Below the pieces are notes generated by a model that saw only the letters and a list, made by a program, of their open reading frames with translations, searched no databases and had not been told where the DNA came from. The translations under genes and the position numbers were made by a program. Shown here in pieces: positions 60,442-64,000 of a stretch of 64,000 nt of DNA (position 1 is the stretch's first letter; each line of letters starts with the position of its first letter). The stretch is from a bacterium (GTDB lineage: Bacteria > Zhuqueibacterota > Zhuqueibacteria > Residuimicrobiales > Krinioviventaceae), in NCBI GenBank assembly GCA_963674595.2, contig CAXXFV010000014.1:32001-96000 (forward strand), given 5' to 3'.

Positions 60442-61977
60442 GTGATGGTTGAAACACTGATAAATAAAAGTCAAATCGTTCTGCATTTTTTATTGCAGGA
60501 GATGATTTATTCCGGATTTATATTTCTGATCATTGCCGGTTTAGCTTTTCTACTGAGACATAAATCAGCAGTCTGGCAAATGGCCTTGTGGTCACTGGTA
60601 CTGGTGCGGCTGGTGCTGCCCGTTAACTGGCATTTTCGTTTCAGTGTGTGGAATTTATTTAACCAGTTACTTTCCGGTCCGTCAAAAGAAAACTTGAGCG
60701 GCAATGTTTATTTTGGATTTCCTGAAGAAATGATGACGGAAACCAGCACAATGGCAGTAAATCAAGAGACCTTATTTTCTTGGCAAAATTTTCTTCCCCT
60801 CCTGCTGATATGCATCTGGATAACCGGCGTTCTGGTTTTGTTGACAATTTTCATAAAAAGATATTTAAAATATAAAAAACTTGTAAACAAATCCAGTGTG
60901 GTTGAGGATAAACATATCCGGGATATTTTATTTACTTGGAAAAAACACTTTAATATAAAACGCACAGTTATAATTATTACAGAGGATTTTGATATTATTC
61001 CATTTACAATGGGGACCTTGAGACCGGTGATTTTTTTACCCCAAAATATTGTACGGCAGAATCAAAAACATATTCTCGAACCGGTCATCGCCCATGAACT
61101 GGCGCATATTAAAAGACTGGATGACCTGTTTATCCGTTTGCAAAGTTTTATTCAAATTATCTATTTTTTCAATCCTGTTGTTTGGATCACCACCAGTCGT
61201 ATCAACCTGGCCAGGGAATGCGTGTGCGACAGCATGGTGCTTTTCAAAGGTGCAATGACCTTAACTAATTATGCACAAGGAATTTTAAATGTACTGAAAA
61301 ACAGTACGTTTGAAAACAACCACCTGATTCCTATGCCGGCATTTGGAAATCAGAAACAAAAACTAAAAACCAGAATACTCAAAATGAAAGGAACAAACCA
61401 AATGCAAAAAAATCACCTTCTGCTGGTCGGCATGGCTGTCATGTTACTTGGCTTTACTATTTTACCAATGGCCAAAGAGTCGTCCGATTTGATTTTAAAA
61501 ACAGATGCTGAACAAAACATAAATTCAACAGATGTGACAGAAAAAGTAAAACCCGAAAAAACAGAAAAATTTATTTGTCCTGTAAAATTTGAACAAATTA
61601 CATTAAAATTTGGAATTTCAAAAGACCCGTTTAATCCTAAAATGTATTATAAACATATGGGTATTGATCTGAGAGCAAAAAAGGGAGAACCTGTCGCAGC
61701 GGTTGCCGACGGAACGGTTCTAAAAGCAGAAACAAAATACAAAATCAACAAAGGTTATGGCAAGTTTATATTGATACAACATAACGATGGTGTTATCAGC
61801 CGCTATGCGCATCTCGATGCTGTTGATGTTGAAATCGGACAAATAGTGAAATCCGGGCAGGAAATCGGCAAGGTGGGCACGACCGGTAGATCAACAGGTC
61901 CGCATTTACATTTTGAATTAAAGATTGATGACGAAAATGTTGATCCGGAAGATTATATCGATTTTAAAAACAATTAA
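60442..61977 (+). CDS. BlaR1/MecR1 M56 peptidase fused to C-terminal M23 peptidase domain
   Basis: TM helices, 'PFTMG..RPVIFLP', AHELAHIKR.D, FFNP.VW and RECVCD; C-terminal HMGIDL, GYG, YAHL and STGPHLHFE. Confidence 0.9.
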   Translation: MMVETLINKSQIVLHFLLQEMIYSGFIFLIIAGLAFLLRHKSAVWQMALWSLVLVRLVLPVNWHFRFSVWNLFNQLLSGPSKENLSGNVYFGFPEEMMTETSTMAVNQETLFSWQNFLPLLLICIWITGVLVLLTIFIKRYLKYKKLVNKSSVVEDKHIRDILFTWKKHFNIKRTVIIITEDFDIIPFTMGTLRPVIFLPQNIVRQNQKHILEPVIAHELAHIKRLDDLFIRLQSFIQIIYFFNPVVWITTSRINLARECVCDSMVLFKGAMTLTNYAQGILNVLKNSTFENNHLIPMPAFGNQKQKLKTRILKMKGTNQMQKNHLLLVGMAVMLLGFTILPMAKESSDLILKTDAEQNINSTDVTEKVKPEKTEKFICPVKFEQITLKFGISKDPFNPKMYYKHMGIDLRAKKGEPVAAVADGTVLKAETKYKINKGYGKFILIQHNDGVISRYAHLDAVDVEIGQIVKSGQEIGKVGTTGRSTGPHLHFELKIDDENVDPEDYIDFKNN

Positions 61978-61997
61978 TAAAAATTACTCAATTTCAC

Positions 61998-62028
61998 AAA
62001 AAAAAGCAGGAGAACATCCTGCTTTTTT
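61998..62028. terminator. Bidirectional intrinsic terminator
   Basis: AAAAAAAGCAGGA-loop-TCCTGCTTTTTTT between convergent genes. Confidence 0.8.
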
Positions 62029-62145
62029 TATGTAAACAAATCTCTATTAAAAAATAATCAGCATCAGTGATAAAAATCATCAAAATACAAAAAGCCCTTA
62101 TCAAATTAGATGATTAAATCACTGAATGCTGATATTACTAAATCC

Positions 62146-63999
62146 CTATTTCAAATATAAAAGTTTTTTTACAAAAGACTGATTTTCAGTTGTAAATCTG
62201 CAAAAGTAAACATTGCTTGTTAATTCGTTAGTCGAAAAGCTCAGTCTGTATCTGCCGGCCTGTTGATACTGATTATCCACGAGTGTTTTCACCTTTCTCC
62301 CCAAAACATCGTAGATATGAACATTTACAACACCGTTGTTTGCCAGATGATATTCGATTTGTGTTGAAGGATTAAAGGGATTGGGATAGGCGTTCATCAG
62401 TTCTGTTTTTTCAGGGACAATCAGGTCATCCTCAACTTTGGTGATGATAGTGTTGATAATTTTAACGGATCGCGCACCAATTTTTTTGTTGGTATTGCCG
62501 GCATTATCAAGGACCATCAGATTGAGGGTATACACACCATCCGAATAAGTGGTTGTATCCAGATAAAAGCTAAAACCCGCACCCGCTGCGTTTGCATAAC
62601 CGGGATATTTTGAAGCAGCGCCTTCATGATAAATGTTATATACAGGCTTGCCGATAAACTCTCCGTTCAGGTAGACAAATATTGTCGAACCATCCGTGGC
62701 GATTTGATTTGGCAGCTCAGTCAATACCCAACCGGTAACTTCAGCATTGTCGCCGGATATTATCTGCCCTTCAGTTGGAGAGTCTATATCTCCAAATGGA
62801 AGTAAAGCAAGGCTGTTATCTATTTTAAAGGATTCTCCATCAAGCTGTGTCACGTTGCCTTCATAATCGGTCACCTCGGCAAAGAACGTATATTCTCCGT
62901 TTTCAAAATCGTGTGTGTCCAGCGTATAACTCCAACCGGCACGGTCGGCAAAGGGATAATGTGAATAAAATGCCTGTACATCAGCTCTGGCCCCTTCAAC
63001 CGTAACAGCGTCTCCCACCAACACATTTTCATCGCCGTTCTTTCTAAAAATTTTAATAGAACTGATGCCGATGTCATCGATCGCCCATCCGGAAAAATTG
63101 ACAGTTCCACTTACAACATTGTCCAACGCCGGATAAACAAATTCCCCAAAAGGCGGTTCAGTAACATCAAGAACAGATAATTCAACTGTTACATATTCCG
63201 GGGGGCTGGCCTGGTTAATTTCTGAAATTTTAATAAAGCCGGAATGGACACCTGCAACCATTCCTGAAGGATCAATCATAACCTGCACCCATCCCGGACC
63301 TGTGCCGGATGTGGGCTCCAACTTAATCCACTCGTTTTCGGTTTCCACCTGCCATTCCAAAACTCCGGCGCCTTTATTGGTTATATGAAAATACTGATTG
63401 TATGGGCCTACGGCTTTTGTATCATTAGTTGTATATATCTGTGATGGTTTTAATTCAGCCCCATTGGCCGGTGCCCCTACTTTGATTTCATTCGTAGATG
63501 GATTTGCTGCCGGACTATTCGTATTTTCTATGGTAAAAAATCTTGAACCAATTCCATCCGTATTACCGGCATTGTCTGTTGCTACCCACTGTATGGTATG
63601 AACGCCATTAGAGAAAGATTTCGTATCAAACTCACAAAACGCACCGGCTCCGTTGGCATTTTGATATTCGGGAAAGTATGAAGCGATATCAGAACGGTAT
63701 CCGTTATAAGTGACATTACCAATATTCATCCCGTCAATGAAGACATTAATTTCACTGCCGCATTCATACATCATATTGGGCGGTGGTGTCAACACCCAAC
63801 CGGAACATCTGTAGCTTGAACCGGAAGCAGAACCTCCCATAGCAGGTGTATCGATAGCGCCGAATGGTTTTACGGCATTAGCATTATCTACAGTAACAGT
63901 TTTAGATCCCAGGGTTGTCTGATTTCCTTCTACATCATGAGCAATTGCCGTTAGTTTATAATTTCCATCACCACTCGGTAAAAAATTAGTTAACAGCAT
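62146..63999 (-). CDS. Large secreted Ig-like repeat/BACON protein with FlgD-Ig/T9SS-type C-terminal domain (5' partial)
   Basis: Repeated 'PFG.ID.P..G...SG....GW.L' modules, BACON 'NKGAGVLEW...WI.L.P.SGTG' and 'NAYPNPFNPST...KKLLYLK'. ORF is open at the window edge. Confidence 0.8.
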   Translation of the reverse strand: MLLTNFLPSGDGNYKLTAIAHDVEGNQTTLGSKTVTVDNANAVKPFGAIDTPAMGGSASGSSYRCSGWVLTPPPNMMYECGSEINVFIDGMNIGNVTYNGYRSDIASYFPEYQNANGAGAFCEFDTKSFSNGVHTIQWVATDNAGNTDGIGSRFFTIENTNSPAANPSTNEIKVGAPANGAELKPSQIYTTNDTKAVGPYNQYFHITNKGAGVLEWQVETENEWIKLEPTSGTGPGWVQVMIDPSGMVAGVHSGFIKISEINQASPPEYVTVELSVLDVTEPPFGEFVYPALDNVVSGTVNFSGWAIDDIGISSIKIFRKNGDENVLVGDAVTVEGARADVQAFYSHYPFADRAGWSYTLDTHDFENGEYTFFAEVTDYEGNVTQLDGESFKIDNSLALLPFGDIDSPTEGQIISGDNAEVTGWVLTELPNQIATDGSTIFVYLNGEFIGKPVYNIYHEGAASKYPGYANAAGAGFSFYLDTTTYSDGVYTLNLMVLDNAGNTNKKIGARSVKIINTIITKVEDDLIVPEKTELMNAYPNPFNPSTQIEYHLANNGVVNVHIYDVLGRKVKTLVDNQYQQAGRYRLSFSTNELTSNVYFCRFTTENQSFVKKLLYLK

Positions 64000-64000
64000 A

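Noticed and set aside
1-64000. tRNA, rRNA, CRISPR arrays, integrases/transposases, prophage genes
   Set aside because: No cloverleaf/T-loop signatures, rRNA motifs, spacer arrays or recombinase/phage motifs were recognised by eye; tRNAscan-SE and cmscan would confirm.

Overview
Low-GC (roughly 35-40% by eye) chromosomal window from a diderm FCB-group bacterium. Five secreted proteins end in the 'NYPNPFNP...K..L' FlgD-Ig/T9SS-type sorting domain, which suggests KSB1/Calditrichota/Ignavibacteria-like; this taxonomy is inference. From left to right: 5' part of rnpB (minus strand); C4 zinc-ribbon protein; RecQ; giant secreted M28 peptidase; GlsB-family protein and nitroreductase; Fe/Mn SOD; a five-gene envelope operon (1000-aa TPR scaffold, short TonB-receptor-like barrel, ExbB, ExbD, TonB); EEP protein; glycerate kinase; a pdaD / DHS-like / speB polyamine operon; an aldolase-like orphan; heparinase-like and BNR proteins; split LKR + SDH saccharopine genes; TIGR00725; rlmN; an LRR protein; an MT2/UroD-fold protein; a six-gene orphan catabolic operon; D-lyxose isomerase; several secreted proteins; signal-peptide-bearing Ni-SOD; glycoside hydrolases; hemerythrin; NfeD/SPFH; a REP-like element; hicB-hicA (hicA missing from the ORF track); BlaI with BlaR1-M23; and a partial Ig-repeat protein. 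Between 26.7 and 34.8 kb, twelve single-base insertions break seven genes and are most likely consensus errors. The strongest candidates for an undescribed system are the TPR/barrel/ExbBD/TonB machine and the Gfo-Gfo-2HADH-aminotransferase-deacylase-ADH pathway. No CRISPR, tRNA, rRNA or transposase was seen.
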